IMG/VR virus record: IMGVR_UViG_3300037834_000041
Span: 1,609 to 65,608 of that record
DNA length: 64,000 bases
Direction: 5' to 3' (one strand)
Source of the DNA: a virus
In this document: positions 52,782 to 62,716 of the stretch, one piece after another
Layout: each line of letters begins with the position of its first letter
How positions within the stretch are numbered: position 1 is the first letter of the stretch
Program-made: the position numbers and the translations under genes
The notes under the pieces: model-generated
The model's database searches: none
Told to the model about the DNA's origin: nothing
Seen by the model: the letters and a program-made list of their open reading frames with translations, nothing else

Positions 52782-55700
52782 GCCGCATCAACGTCGGAAC
52801 CGTGTCGCTGGGGGTCGTCGCCGACGCGAGCGGCGTCGGCCCCGGCGTGGACGAGGCGACGAAGGAGATCAACAAGCTCCCGAAGGCGGCCGACGACGCC
52901 AGCCGGAAGCTCGACAAGATCACGCAGTCCTTCGTGGACCTCGCCCGCGCGACGAAGCTGGCGAAGGAGGCGGCCGCGCAGTTCCGCACGAAGGGCGTCG
53001 GGCCGGGCGGCCCCTCGCCGCTCCGGGGCGGGTTGGGGGGCCGCGGCAGCCGCCCGATCTTCCCGGACATCGAGTCCGCCACCTCTTCCGCGATTCTCGC
53101 CGACGCAAAGCGCGAACTGGACCAGACGAAGGAGGCCGAGAAGGTATACGCCGACGCCCGCCGCCGCGGGCAAAAGCTCCTCCGCGAATCGAAATCCACC
53201 TTCTACGCCCTCGCCCCCGGCCGCACGACCCGCGGCCAGCGGGCGTTCCTGTCCGACCAACGCGAGGCCGAACGGGTCGGCCGCCGGAGCCTGCTCACGG
53301 CCGACACTTACGACCTGCTACCCGAGGACGGCGTGAGCGCCGACGAGCGGCGGCAGCAGCGCCGCCGGGACCGGGACGAGCGGCGGGCGGCGGCCCGGCG
53401 GCTCGAACGCTTCCGCTCCGCCAGCGTCCAGCGGCGGATCAACGCCTTGCTCGCCGAGGCCGGCGACGCGACCAGCGAGGGGCAAGCCGCGGCAGCGCCC
53501 GCGGCGACGGGCGGCGGACTTCGCGGGCGGCTGCGGGCGGGGGCTGTGACCGCGGGCGGGGCGGCGAGCGGCGCGGCGGGGTCCGCGGCGTCGTTCTTCG
53601 CGAACCAAACGCTCGGCATCGCGAGCGGCGCGGCCGGTTTCTTCCGGGGCATCGTCGAACGCGCCCTCGGCTACGCCCTCGGCCGGCTGATCGGCGAGGT
53701 GGCCGGCGGGATCGTCGGCCTCGCGCAAACGGCCCTCGACACCACGCGGAAGTACGAGGAGCAACTCGTCTCGTTCGGCGTCCTCACCGGCAGCCCGGCC
53801 CGCGGGACGGCCCTCGTCGGCTCGCTGCAACAACTCGCCGTCGAGACGCCGTTCAAGTCGTCCGAACTCCTGGACCAGGCGAAGTTGCTGCTGTCCTACG
53901 GCGTCGCCGTGGACGACGTCCGCGGCACGCTCTCGCGGCTGGGCGACGTCGCGAGCGGGACCGGCGCGGACCTGAACCGGCTGTCGCTCGCCTACGGGCA
54001 GGTGATCGCGAAGGGGCGGTTGCAGGGCGGGGAGCTGCGGCAGTTCACCGAAGCCGGGGTCGGCGTGGGCGACTTCGCATCAGCCTACAACGAGACGACC
54101 GGCAAGAACGTCGGCGTCGCCGGGTTCCTCGGCCTCGTCGAGCAGGGGCAGGTCGGCGCGAACGTCATCGAGCGGGCGTTCCAGCGGATGACCGGCGCGG
54201 GCGGCCGGTTCTTCGGCCTGATGGAGGCCCGCAGCCAGACGGTCAGCGGCCGCATCCAGGCCCTGAGCGAGTCGATCGAACTCTTCACGCAGCGGGTCGG
54301 GACGAGCTTCTTCCAGAACACCGGCCTCGGCAAGTTCCTGGACCAGACCGGCAAGGACATCCGCAACATCGACCTGGGCCGGCTGGACCAGTTCTTCCAG
54401 GGCCTGGACCGCACGGCCGGGCCGTTCCTCGGTCGCGTCGGCCGGGGGGTCGGCAGCCTGTTCGGGACGCCGGGGATGCCGGACTGGAACTCGCTCGACG
54501 CCGCGCTCAAGGGCCTGACCGAGAAGACGATCCCGGACCTGCTCGACGGCGGGAAGGTCGTCCTGAACGCCTTCCTGGAGATCACCCGCGGGGCGCTGAT
54601 GGCCGCGGACGCGCTCTTCCGGATCGGCGGGTTCGTGTACGACCACCTGCCGGACCAGAAGTACACCGGCGAAATCCTCGCCGGGGCCGCGGGCGCGGCG
54701 GCGGTCAGCGGCCGCCTGGGGCGGGCCGGCACGCTCGGGGCGAAGGGCGCGGGCCGGCTCATCCCCGGCGTCGGGTGGGCGATCCTGGCCTACGAGGCTT
54801 ACGACTACCTGATGGGCGGCGGGCAGGGCGGCGGGGCCCCCGACAACCCGTTCGGCACGGGCGTCGTCGGCGGGAACTTCCGGGCGGCGGCGGTCCCCGG
54901 CCCGGCCGCGGCTGCCGGCGGGCGGGTCCTCCCGGACCTCGCCGCCCGGATCGGCCGCCAGCAGGCCGCCCTCCGCAACGCCTCGCCCAGCGACCTGTTC
55001 CGGCAGGCGGCGGGCGGCCAGTGGTCCGTCCCGGTGTTCGGCGAGGTCCCCGGCAACGTGCAGTCGGCCGTCGAGACGACCGCAGGCGTCCTCGGCAAGG
55101 TGTTCGCCGACCCGAAGAACGTGAGCGCCCGCCTCGAGGCAGACCGGCTCAACGCCCTGAACGCGATCGGGACGAGCGGCGTCACGGGTTGGCGGACGCC
55201 GCGGCAGCCGCGGGACTACCGGTCCCGGATGATCGCCGCCGGGATCATCTCGGACCCGAAACAGCCGCTGTACGACGCCGGGATCCTCAACGACCCCCGG
55301 CCGAAGAAGCCGGTCAACGTCACCGAGCGGGACGTGATCCTGGCGAACGGCTACCTGAACAAGTTCGGCGAGAGCCTGAAGGGGGTCGGCCAGCAACTGG
55401 ACAAGCTGGCGGAGGCGGCGTTGCCGGGTTTCGGGAAGCGGATGGAGGACATCAAGGCCGAGGTCGCGGCCCCGGCGGACCGCCCGTTCGACGCATTCAA
55501 GAACCGGATGGACGACATCAACATGGGCGTCCTCCGGCAGAAGCTGACCGGGCCGGAGGCCGACCGCGCCCGGTTTCTCGCGTTCGACGCGCTCCGGGAC
55601 AAGATGGGCGCGACCCTCGGCGGCCCGCCCCAACTCATGCGGGCCGGGACCCAGGACGCGGAAACGGCCCTCACGAAGGCGATGAACGAGTTCGAGCGGA

Positions 55701-55867
55701 ACCGCAAGCCGACCGAGGAGGAGATCCGCGACCTCGTGAAGATGGCGTACGACCGCCAGGAGGAGCAACTGAAGGCCGAGACGGAAATCTCCAAGACGCT
55801 GAAGGACATTGCCAAAAAGCCGGGCGGGTTCAACTTCGTCGGCATCCAGTTCGGAGGCGGGCGGTAA
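52778..55867 (+). CDS. Tape measure protein (1029 aa)
   Basis: Tape-measure domain LAVETPF...LSRLGDVASG...LAYGQVIAKGRLQGGELRQF. Confidence 0.92.
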   Translation: MSRINVGTVSLGVVADASGVGPGVDEATKEINKLPKAADDASRKLDKITQSFVDLARATKLAKEAAAQFRTKGVGPGGPSPLRGGLGGRGSRPIFPDIESATSSAILADAKRELDQTKEAEKVYADARRRGQKLLRESKSTFYALAPGRTTRGQRAFLSDQREAERVGRRSLLTADTYDLLPEDGVSADERRQQRRRDRDERRAAARRLERFRSASVQRRINALLAEAGDATSEGQAAAAPAATGGGLRGRLRAGAVTAGGAASGAAGSAASFFANQTLGIASGAAGFFRGIVERALGYALGRLIGEVAGGIVGLAQTALDTTRKYEEQLVSFGVLTGSPARGTALVGSLQQLAVETPFKSSELLDQAKLLLSYGVAVDDVRGTLSRLGDVASGTGADLNRLSLAYGQVIAKGRLQGGELRQFTEAGVGVGDFASAYNETTGKNVGVAGFLGLVEQGQVGANVIERAFQRMTGAGGRFFGLMEARSQTVSGRIQALSESIELFTQRVGTSFFQNTGLGKFLDQTGKDIRNIDLGRLDQFFQGLDRTAGPFLGRVGRGVGSLFGTPGMPDWNSLDAALKGLTEKTIPDLLDGGKVVLNAFLEITRGALMAADALFRIGGFVYDHLPDQKYTGEILAGAAGAAAVSGRLGRAGTLGAKGAGRLIPGVGWAILAYEAYDYLMGGGQGGGAPDNPFGTGVVGGNFRAAAVPGPAAAAGGRVLPDLAARIGRQQAALRNASPSDLFRQAAGGQWSVPVFGEVPGNVQSAVETTAGVLGKVFADPKNVSARLEADRLNALNAIGTSGVTGWRTPRQPRDYRSRMIAAGIISDPKQPLYDAGILNDPRPKKPVNVTERDVILANGYLNKFGESLKGVGQQLDKLAEAALPGFGKRMEDIKAEVAAPADRPFDAFKNRMDDINMGVLRQKLTGPEADRARFLAFDALRDKMGATLGGPPQLMRAGTQDAETALTKAMNEFERNRKPTEEEIRDLVKMAYDRQEEQLKAETEISKTLKDIAKKPGGFNFVGIQFGGGR

Positions 55868-56886
55868 TGGCGCTGCACCCGGCGATTGAAAAGATCAACC
55901 GCGAGCCGATGCACGAGGCCCTCATCACCTCGGGCTTCCAGCGGCAAAGCTCGCTGTTCGTGAAGATCCTGCTCAAGAAAGAATACTGGGGCGCGGTCGA
56001 TCCGATGGACCTGCTGACGGACGACCGGCTGCCGGCCGCCTATTCCGCTTGGCCCGTCCACCCCTACCCGCAGACGGACCACGAGGGGACTCTCCTCGCC
56101 GCCTACGCGGTCAAGGACGCCCTGCGAATCTTGCAGAGCGTGTCACTGACCTCGCGGAACACGCACTCGTCGGTGGAGTTGCGGTACGACTACGAATCGA
56201 ACCCGGCCGTCCCCGCCGGCTACCTCCCGGCGGCCCTCCGGCAAGACCCGGCCGGCTCGCCCGCGGGCGGCGACCTCGGGTACAAGATCGCTTACGACAA
56301 GGAAGAGATCGAGGTCCCGTACACGATCGACGCGCTGAACGCGAAGGTCCAAATCTCGTCCGGGGAACGCCCGGTCCCGCTGCCGACCCGGAAGCTCATG
56401 ATCCGCGTGTGCCGGATCACCCGGCTCGAACCGAATCACGCGATCGACTGGCACGACACGTTCGCGTACACGCTCAACAACGCGACCTGGAACGGGCGGC
56501 CGCAGGAAACCGTGTGCTGTTTCCCCGTCACGTACAGCGACTGGCAGGAGATCGGGGGCGCGCTGTGGTGGCCGGTGAACTACGAGTTCCGCTGGCTCGC
56601 GAAGGACAACGCGCCGGGCGACCTGCGACCGACGCACTCCGCGGTGGACTTCTGGCGGGACATCATCCTGTCGATGAGCCTGAACCAGAAGGTGGCGGCC
56701 GGCGGGGTCAAGCCGATCATCCTCAACGGGAACCGGTTCACGGAGCCGCAGGGCCTGGACGCGGACGGCCACTTCATCAACCCGCCCGGCAGCGCCGCCC
56801 CGCACCAAACGACGTTCCGCAAGATCGCGACCAAGAGCTTCGCCCCGCTCAACATCACCCTCCCCGCCCAGTACACCCCGCCATGA
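55867..56886 (+). CDS. Distal tail/baseplate-hub-like protein (339 aa)
   Basis: TAATG coupling after the TMP; beta-rich; TLNNATWNG motif. Confidence 0.6.
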   Translation: MALHPAIEKINREPMHEALITSGFQRQSSLFVKILLKKEYWGAVDPMDLLTDDRLPAAYSAWPVHPYPQTDHEGTLLAAYAVKDALRILQSVSLTSRNTHSSVELRYDYESNPAVPAGYLPAALRQDPAGSPAGGDLGYKIAYDKEEIEVPYTIDALNAKVQISSGERPVPLPTRKLMIRVCRITRLEPNHAIDWHDTFAYTLNNATWNGRPQETVCCFPVTYSDWQEIGGALWWPVNYEFRWLAKDNAPGDLRPTHSAVDFWRDIILSMSLNQKVAAGGVKPIILNGNRFTEPQGLDADGHFINPPGSAAPHQTTFRKIATKSFAPLNITLPAQYTPP

Positions 56887-58562
56887 GCGAGATCGTTGGA
56901 TTCCGGAACGCGGGCGACGCCCGGCGGATGGCCGCGGCCGTGGGCCGGTTCGTCGCGTCCGAGGGCGCGGCCGACCCGAACCGCGCGATCGCCGAGCAGG
57001 TGGAGATCGTGGAGAACCTCGGCGGCCAGGACGCCGGGGTCGGGACGACGGGCCGCATGATGGTTTGGTCGTCCGCGGAGGGGAAGGCCGAGGAGGGCGA
57101 CCCGGTCCGCGTGCTGGAACAGCCGCTCGGCCGGTTCGTCGGGTACGACGAGGACGACACCCCGATCTTCGTCACCGCGCCGGCCGGGGTGGAGGTCAAG
57201 GTCACGGGCGAGATCGCGAGCGGGATGTACCCGGCCGTCCGGACGCTCCGCAACCCGGCGACGCTGCTGTACGCCGACGGGTCGGGCGAACTGAGGGCCG
57301 TGCCCGTGGGCGGCGGGACGCTCCAAACCGGACGCCGGTACCACGGCCGGATCATCGGCAAGGTGACGATCAGCTCGACGGAGTACGACCTGGCCGAGGT
57401 GGTCGGCGACGCGAACCCGACGGCATTCAGCGGGGCGGCGGAAACCGCGTGGGCCGGGGGCTTGGTCTCGGCGGACGAGCAGTCCTTCAAGGGGGAGAAG
57501 TTTTTTCGCGACACGCTGACGGTGTCGAGCAACGTGTTCAACGACTACATCGAGTTGAATCCGGTCCCATGCAAGCTGACGCTACAAGTCGCGGGGGACA
57601 CCGGCCTCCCGCCCCCGTTCGACAAGCGGGGCGTGACGTGGCTGACGCCGGCCGGCATTGGGTCACCGGTTTTCTGGTCGCAGTTGCCCGGTGATTACTT
57701 GGCCGTCGGTATCGGCTTCTCGAACGAAGACCTGAGTAAGTTTGGGTACTCCGGAACCGTCGTGGGGATGGGTCGAAGTGTTGGAAGCACTTTGCTCATG
57801 GATAACGGCAGTGTCACGCTAGGTTTTAAGTGCCGATCAAACGGAGGGTTCGCCGTCCAGCGGCCCGGCGATACCGGCGGCTATCCGGGCTGGCGGGACG
57901 GGATCGACCTGAACATTCAGGTCGGCAGTCGCTTTTTGGAGTTCCGCGGCGGGATTCTCGTCAGCGACTCCACGGTCCCGCCGCCGCCCGGCCCGATCCC
58001 GCCGCCGCCGCCGGCGTCGGCCGGTCTGGACATCAGCGCCCCGGCGTTTCCGGACGCGACGATCACCGTTTCCAACGGGCTGACGACGACCAGCTACCCG
58101 CTGGACGGGGACGGCCTCGCGACGATCTCGGACCTGTTCCCCTACGGCACGTACACGGTCACTCTGGAAGGCGCGGCCTATTGGGAGTCGGAGACGGACC
58201 CTGGCGGCGTGGTGGACAGCTTCGCGAACGACACGGCGACGATCACGTTCAGCGGGGCCGACACCGGCGGCACGGTCGAGTTCTTCGACGAGGTTCCGCC
58301 GGACGGGTACAGCGTCGAGGGGTTCGCCCTGGACCTGATTACCAGCCTACCGGCGGGGACGACAATCGCCCTGTACGACGGGGCCACGCTGGTAGACACC
58401 GTGAGCGTGGCCGGTGGGGACGGGTCGTTCGTGTTCTCGAACGTGCCGGACGGGACGTACACGATGGAAATTCCAGGGTCCGACTACCTGCCGGCCGGCC
58501 CGTTCGTCGTCAGCGGGGTGAACCTCGACGTCGGCACGGTCTACTTCAGCGAACCGATGTGA
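56883..58562 (+). CDS. Tail tip/receptor-binding protein with Pro linker and C-terminal Ig-like (carboxypeptidase-regulatory-like) domains
   Basis: ATGA coupling; PPPPGPIPPPPP linker; GTYTVT and GSFVFSNVPDGTYTM motifs. Confidence 0.6.
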   Translation: MSEIVGFRNAGDARRMAAAVGRFVASEGAADPNRAIAEQVEIVENLGGQDAGVGTTGRMMVWSSAEGKAEEGDPVRVLEQPLGRFVGYDEDDTPIFVTAPAGVEVKVTGEIASGMYPAVRTLRNPATLLYADGSGELRAVPVGGGTLQTGRRYHGRIIGKVTISSTEYDLAEVVGDANPTAFSGAAETAWAGGLVSADEQSFKGEKFFRDTLTVSSNVFNDYIELNPVPCKLTLQVAGDTGLPPPFDKRGVTWLTPAGIGSPVFWSQLPGDYLAVGIGFSNEDLSKFGYSGTVVGMGRSVGSTLLMDNGSVTLGFKCRSNGGFAVQRPGDTGGYPGWRDGIDLNIQVGSRFLEFRGGILVSDSTVPPPPGPIPPPPPASAGLDISAPAFPDATITVSNGLTTTSYPLDGDGLATISDLFPYGTYTVTLEGAAYWESETDPGGVVDSFANDTATITFSGADTGGTVEFFDEVPPDGYSVEGFALDLITSLPAGTTIALYDGATLVDTVSVAGGDGSFVFSNVPDGTYTMEIPGSDYLPAGPFVVSGVNLDVGTVYFSEPM

Positions 58563-58651
58563 CGGCCCGGTTTTTCCTAACGCCGCCCAAATGCGCCCGC
58601 GGGTGGCGCGAACCACATTCGCGCCCGTCCCGGCATGGAGTGGCTTGCGTC

Positions 58652-58999
58652 ATGAGGAAGTCCCGTCGCGCGTGGGTTACGCTGCTGTTCGTCACCGGCC
58701 TCGCGGCCGCGGCGGGCGTGGTTTGCCGCCCGGCCCCGAATCCGGACGGCCCCGCCGCGGTCGAACTGCTGAGCAACCGGGGCCGGCTCGCCCTGGTCCG
58801 GCCCCAGACCTTCGCCGACGCCGGCCGCCGGGTGACCGTCGTGGAAGTGGTCCTGGCCGAACCCTCGCTTCGGCTCGCGTTCCTCGCCACGCCCGAACAG
58901 GTGGAGGAACTCGAATCCCTCCGGGGCCGGGTCGTGACCGTGACGTACACGGAGGCGGACGGGGTGAAGGGGCGGCTGGTCTCCGTGGCCGCCGAGTGA
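58652..58999 (+). CDS. Secreted/membrane-anchored hypothetical protein (OB-fold-like)
   Basis: MRKSRRAWVTLLFVTGLAAAAGVVC N-terminus. Confidence 0.5.
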   Translation: MRKSRRAWVTLLFVTGLAAAAGVVCRPAPNPDGPAAVELLSNRGRLALVRPQTFADAGRRVTVVEVVLAEPSLRLAFLATPEQVEELESLRGRVVTVTYTEADGVKGRLVSVAAE

Positions 59000-59022
59000 C
59001 CCCGCAGCGGAATCAAAACGTG

Positions 59023-59031
59023 TGGTATAAC
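59023..59031 (+). promoter_or_regulatory. Extended -10 element TG-G-TATAAC
   Basis: AT-rich intergenic island; same motif at 61954-61962. Confidence 0.5.
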
Positions 59032-59040
59032 TAGGTTATA

Positions 59041-59427
59041 ATGTCCTGCAATCGGCTCGAACCGTTGGCGATGGGCCGGCCGTACACGCTCCTCCTGGAC
59101 GCGATGCGGCCGGACAACGCCTACGTCGATTTCGCGACGACGAAGGGGTACGTGTTCCTCGTCTCGAAGACGCACCGGGTGCGGTGGGACTGGGAGCCGG
59201 GCGGCGGGGCGAACCTCGGCGCGCCGGAGACGATCGACGGCGTCCCGACGCTCGCGTTCCGGATCCCGGCCGAGTGGACGCGGGACTCGGACAACTTCCC
59301 GGTCACGGAAGCGACCGAGTACGAACTGACCTTCCACGTCGGCGAGTTGTCGGGGACGAGCGGGTTCGGGGCGGAAGTGGGCACGATCACCGTACACCCG
59401 CTGGCGGACGGCCAGCCAGTGAGTTGA
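59041..59427 (+). CDS. Phage structural/hypothetical protein (BppU-like adaptor?)
   Basis: Beta-rich; YELTFHVG...GTITV; the family call is tentative. Confidence 0.5.
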   Translation: MSCNRLEPLAMGRPYTLLLDAMRPDNAYVDFATTKGYVFLVSKTHRVRWDWEPGGGANLGAPETIDGVPTLAFRIPAEWTRDSDNFPVTEATEYELTFHVGELSGTSGFGAEVGTITVHPLADGQPVS

Positions 59428-59430
59428 CCT

Positions 59431-59757
59431 ATGGGATACACGGTCCGAGTGCGGAACGTCGCCGGATCGCCCGTCGTGGTCACGATCCACGCCGGGGCCG
59501 CGGGGAAGGACGGCTCAAGCGGCGGCGGCGGCGGGGCGGGCGTCGTCTTCAGCGAGACGCCCAGCGGCAGCGTGAACGGGTCGAATGCGACGTTCACGAC
59601 GCTCAACGACTTCGTCCCCGGCAGCGTGTCGGTGCGGGTCAACGGCCTGTCCCAGCGGCCGGGCACGGACTTCACGACCAGCGGCGTCCGGACGATCGCG
59701 CTGACCTCCTCGCCGACGCCGGGCGAGTCCATCCAGGTCGATTACACGAGGGGCTGA
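59431..59757 (+). CDS. Fibre/decoration module protein
   Basis: ETPSGSVNGSNATFTT...VNGLSQRPGTDFT domain, repeated in the next gene. Confidence 0.6.
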   Translation: MGYTVRVRNVAGSPVVVTIHAGAAGKDGSSGGGGGAGVVFSETPSGSVNGSNATFTTLNDFVPGSVSVRVNGLSQRPGTDFTTSGVRTIALTSSPTPGESIQVDYTRG

Positions 59758-60584
59758 TGGCAACGACTCAGATCGCACAACGGCAGATCGCGGACGGCGC
59801 GATCAACAACGCGAAGGTCGCGGCCGGGGCGGGAATCGACACCTCGAAGCTCGCTGACGGGGCGAACTTCTTGAAGAAGGACGGCAGCGTAACGGCGACC
59901 GGGAACCTCGACCTCGGCAACAACCGGATCACGAACGTCGCCACCCCGAGCGGCGGGAACGACGCGGCGAACAAGTCCTACGTGGACACCGCGATCGGCA
60001 GCCTGAACTCGCTGTTCGACGCGAAGGGCAGCGTCCGGGCGGCGACGACGGCGAACGTCACCGTCTCCAACCCCGGCACGTCCACGTTCGACGGCGTCAC
60101 GCTGTCCAACGGCGACCGGCTGCTGCTGAAGTCGCAGTCGTCGGCCGCCGAGAACGGCATCTACCAGTTCAACGGGTCGTCCTCGGCGCTCACCCGCGTG
60201 ACGGACATGGACGCCTGGGCGGAAGTGCCCGGCGCGCTGGTCACAGTCGAGGAAGGCACGACGAACGCGGACACGCTCTGGCTCTGCACGTCGAACGCCG
60301 GCGGCACGCTCGGCTCGACGGCGATCAACTGGACGCAGCTCGTCGCCGGCGGGTACTCGAACTCGAACTTCGTGGACAAGGAGACGCCGAGCGGCAGTGT
60401 GAACGGCAGCAACACGACGTTCACGCTCGCGAACACCCCGACGACCGGCAGCGAACACGTGTACCTGAACGGCGTCCTGCAGGAGTCGGGGTCCGGCAAC
60501 GACTACACGATCAGCAGCGCGACGATCACCATGCTCACGGCCCCGATCAGCGGGGACAAGCTCCGCGTCTCCTACCGGAAGTAA
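59757..60584 (+). CDS. Tail/head fibre protein (275 aa)
   Basis: TGATG coupling; LDLGNNRITNVATP...DAANKSYVD, VRAATTAN, GDRLLLKSQ...ENGIY, ETPSGSVNGSNTTFT. Confidence 0.75.
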   Translation: MATTQIAQRQIADGAINNAKVAAGAGIDTSKLADGANFLKKDGSVTATGNLDLGNNRITNVATPSGGNDAANKSYVDTAIGSLNSLFDAKGSVRAATTANVTVSNPGTSTFDGVTLSNGDRLLLKSQSSAAENGIYQFNGSSSALTRVTDMDAWAEVPGALVTVEEGTTNADTLWLCTSNAGGTLGSTAINWTQLVAGGYSNSNFVDKETPSGSVNGSNTTFTLANTPTTGSEHVYLNGVLQESGSGNDYTISSATITMLTAPISGDKLRVSYRK

Positions 60585-60587
60585 CCG

Positions 60588-61352
60588 ATGCCCGCGACCG
60601 TCTTGGCTTCACGGCAAGTGCCGGCGGGCGGCGGCGGCGGGAACGCCGTCACCCGCGGCACGTTCGTCGGCTCCCGGCCGGCGTCCCCTTCCGCGGGCGA
60701 TCAATACCTCTGCACGGACGCCCCGTTCACGGAGGTCTACACCGGCTCGGCGTGGGAGGTGCGGTACGACGGGATCGTTGTGAAACCGCCACCGACGAGC
60801 GGTTGGACGTGGGCGAATCAGGGGACGGCCGCCGTCGCGACTGCCGGCGGCCTGGTCACGCTCTCTGACGCCGGACACCTGGGGGCCGCGAACCGCTGGT
60901 ACTACCGGTCCGCCCCGGCCGCCCCGTTTACGATCACCTTCGGCCTCTGCGCCCTCGGCTTGACCAGTTATTTCAACGCGGGTGTCGCGTTCCGGAGCAG
61001 CGGCGGAAAGTACGTCTTGGCCTACGCGGGCGGGAGCGGGAGCAGCTTTTACGGCGGGCAGTGGGCGGTCAACAAGTACGACAACAGTACCGATTACAAC
61101 AGCAATTACCGGGCGAAAAACGGGTTCTGTCCGGCGATGAACAGATTCTGGATGCGGCTCGTGGACGACAACACGAACCGCGAAATTTGGGCGAGCTACG
61201 ACCGCCGGACGTGGACGCGACTGCATCAAGTCGGCCGGACCGACTTCCTCACCGCGAACGGCGTGTCACTGTATCTGAACACCCGCGACGACGAGGGGAG
61301 CGGGGCCGAGGTCGGTGGGTCCGTGTCGTTGTTCGACTACGAGGATGCGTGA
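60588..61352 (+). CDS. Fibre protein with ConA-like lectin domain
   Basis: PSAGDQYLCTD, FWMRLVDDNTNREIWASYDRRTW. Confidence 0.6.
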   Translation: MPATVLASRQVPAGGGGGNAVTRGTFVGSRPASPSAGDQYLCTDAPFTEVYTGSAWEVRYDGIVVKPPPTSGWTWANQGTAAVATAGGLVTLSDAGHLGAANRWYYRSAPAAPFTITFGLCALGLTSYFNAGVAFRSSGGKYVLAYAGGSGSSFYGGQWAVNKYDNSTDYNSNYRAKNGFCPAMNRFWMRLVDDNTNREIWASYDRRTWTRLHQVGRTDFLTANGVSLYLNTRDDEGSGAEVGGSVSLFDYEDA

Positions 61353-61929
61353 CGTGCTGACCCTGTACCGCCGAGCGTCCGGGTCGTTCGGCTTCCGCCG
61401 GAGCGCCGTCGAACTGGCGGCTCACCCGTTGCCCGCAGACGTGGCCGAGGCGCTCACGCTTTCGCCCGAGGATAACCCGGCGCTTGCCGCGGCACTGGCC
61501 GTCTCGACGGAGGGCTACGCGCTGTCTGGCGGCGTCGTGACGCTGGGCGGTCAGCCGGTCGCCGTGAACCCCGACTTGTCGGCGCAGCGGGCGGCAATGG
61601 CCGCGGCCGCCTTGCTTCAGTCCGGCGACCCCGTGCCGCGGGCGGTCCGGGCGTCGGACAGCGTGGGGTACGAGCTGCGGAACAACGTCGCCGAGTTGCT
61701 CGGCGTCGTGATTGACCACCTCGAAGAACTGGCCGCCCTGCCGCGGGCCGAGCGGTCCGCCGCGCTCGTCGCGTGGGTCGCCGCGGACCGGGCCGCGTGG
61801 GAGGCGGCCGGGGGCGTGTGGGCGCTGGAGCCGCCGGCCCCGGCCGCCGTCGTCGCCACCGGCGCGGACCGGGTCCAAGCCGACGAGCTGCTGCCGCTCG
61901 TCGGGGCGGCCGTGGCCGCCGGAGCGTAA
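61345..61929 (+). CDS. Hypothetical protein (194 aa)
   Basis: GAGG RBS; overlaps the upstream stop. Confidence 0.55.
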   Translation: MRDVLTLYRRASGSFGFRRSAVELAAHPLPADVAEALTLSPEDNPALAAALAVSTEGYALSGGVVTLGGQPVAVNPDLSAQRAAMAAAALLQSGDPVPRAVRASDSVGYELRNNVAELLGVVIDHLEELAALPRAERSAALVAWVAADRAAWEAAGGVWALEPPAPAAVVATGADRVQADELLPLVGAAVAAGA

Positions 61930-61953
61930 TGCCTATCGCCTGTTTGTTTTACT

Positions 61954-61962
61954 TGGTATAAC
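61954..61962 (+). promoter_or_regulatory. Extended -10 element TG-G-TATAAC
   Basis: AT-rich intergenic island upstream of the secreted-protein/protease module. Confidence 0.5.
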
Positions 61963-62008
61963 GTGTTAAACTGTGATGACACCGTTTCGTCAACACAGTG
62001 GGCACGTC

Positions 62009-62716
62009 ATGTTCACCCCCTTTTTGGTTGCGTTGCTCGTCTCCCCGTCGCAAGCCCCGACGCCGCCGAAGGTCGAAGAGGTCGTCGCCGTCCCCGCGGC
62101 GAAGGCCGAGGAGGTGACCGCCCGCGTCGGCCAGTTGAAGCGGCTGCGGAGCGCGGACGCGAAGGCCCGGTGGGAACTGAAGGCTGGGACGGTCGGGGCG
62201 GAGATCATCACCGACGGCCAGGGCGGGTGCGCGTTCTCGGCCGAGCATCCGGGGCAATACACGCTCGTCTGCTACACGACCGGCCCCTGTACGTGGGTCG
62301 TCGTCACCGTCGGCCCCGCCGTCCCCGGCCCGACGCCGCCGGCCCCGCCCGGCCCCGTCGTCCCGCCGAAGCCCGACCCGATCGTCCTGGCAATCAAGGA
62401 CGGGTTCAAGACTGACGGCGGCCCGACGGCGGCGAACAAACTGGACGCGGCGAAGCTGTCCGGGTTGTGGGAGGCGGGCGCGGGGCACTGCGACAACAAG
62501 GACGTGGCGACCGCCGGCGCGCTGCTGGACCAAATCCGGAAGGTGGCCGAGAAGGAGTTGCCCGCCTCGCACCTCTCGGCCACGCGGAAGGCGATCGGCG
62601 AGGCCACGCTAAAGCTGTTCGGCTCCCCGGACGCGGCCCTGACCGACGACCGGCGGGCGGCCGCCAAGCAACTGTTCAACTTGTTCGCGACCACCCTTGA
62701 GGACCTCAGCAAGTGA
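62009..62716 (+). CDS. Secreted hypothetical protein with Pro-rich linker
   Basis: Signal peptide MFTPFLVALLVSPSQA; PGPTPPAPPGPVVPPKPDP. Confidence 0.65.
   Translation: MFTPFLVALLVSPSQAPTPPKVEEVVAVPAAKAEEVTARVGQLKRLRSADAKARWELKAGTVGAEIITDGQGGCAFSAEHPGQYTLVCYTTGPCTWVVVTVGPAVPGPTPPAPPGPVVPPKPDPIVLAIKDGFKTDGGPTAANKLDAAKLSGLWEAGAGHCDNKDVATAGALLDQIRKVAEKELPASHLSATRKAIGEATLKLFGSPDAALTDDRRAAAKQLFNLFATTLEDLSK

Noticed and set aside
44119-56082. Long alternative-frame and antisense ORFs (e.g. 44196..46724, 47249..49057, 50463..52178, 54080..55768)
   Set aside because: They are Arg/Gly/Pro-rich shadow ORFs expected at high GC3 and overlap well-supported structural genes.
56883-61352. Diversity-generating retroelement or invertible tail-fibre cassette
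   Set aside because: No reverse transcriptase, no template/variable repeat pair with adenine-specific mismatches, and no invertase or flanking inverted sites in the window.
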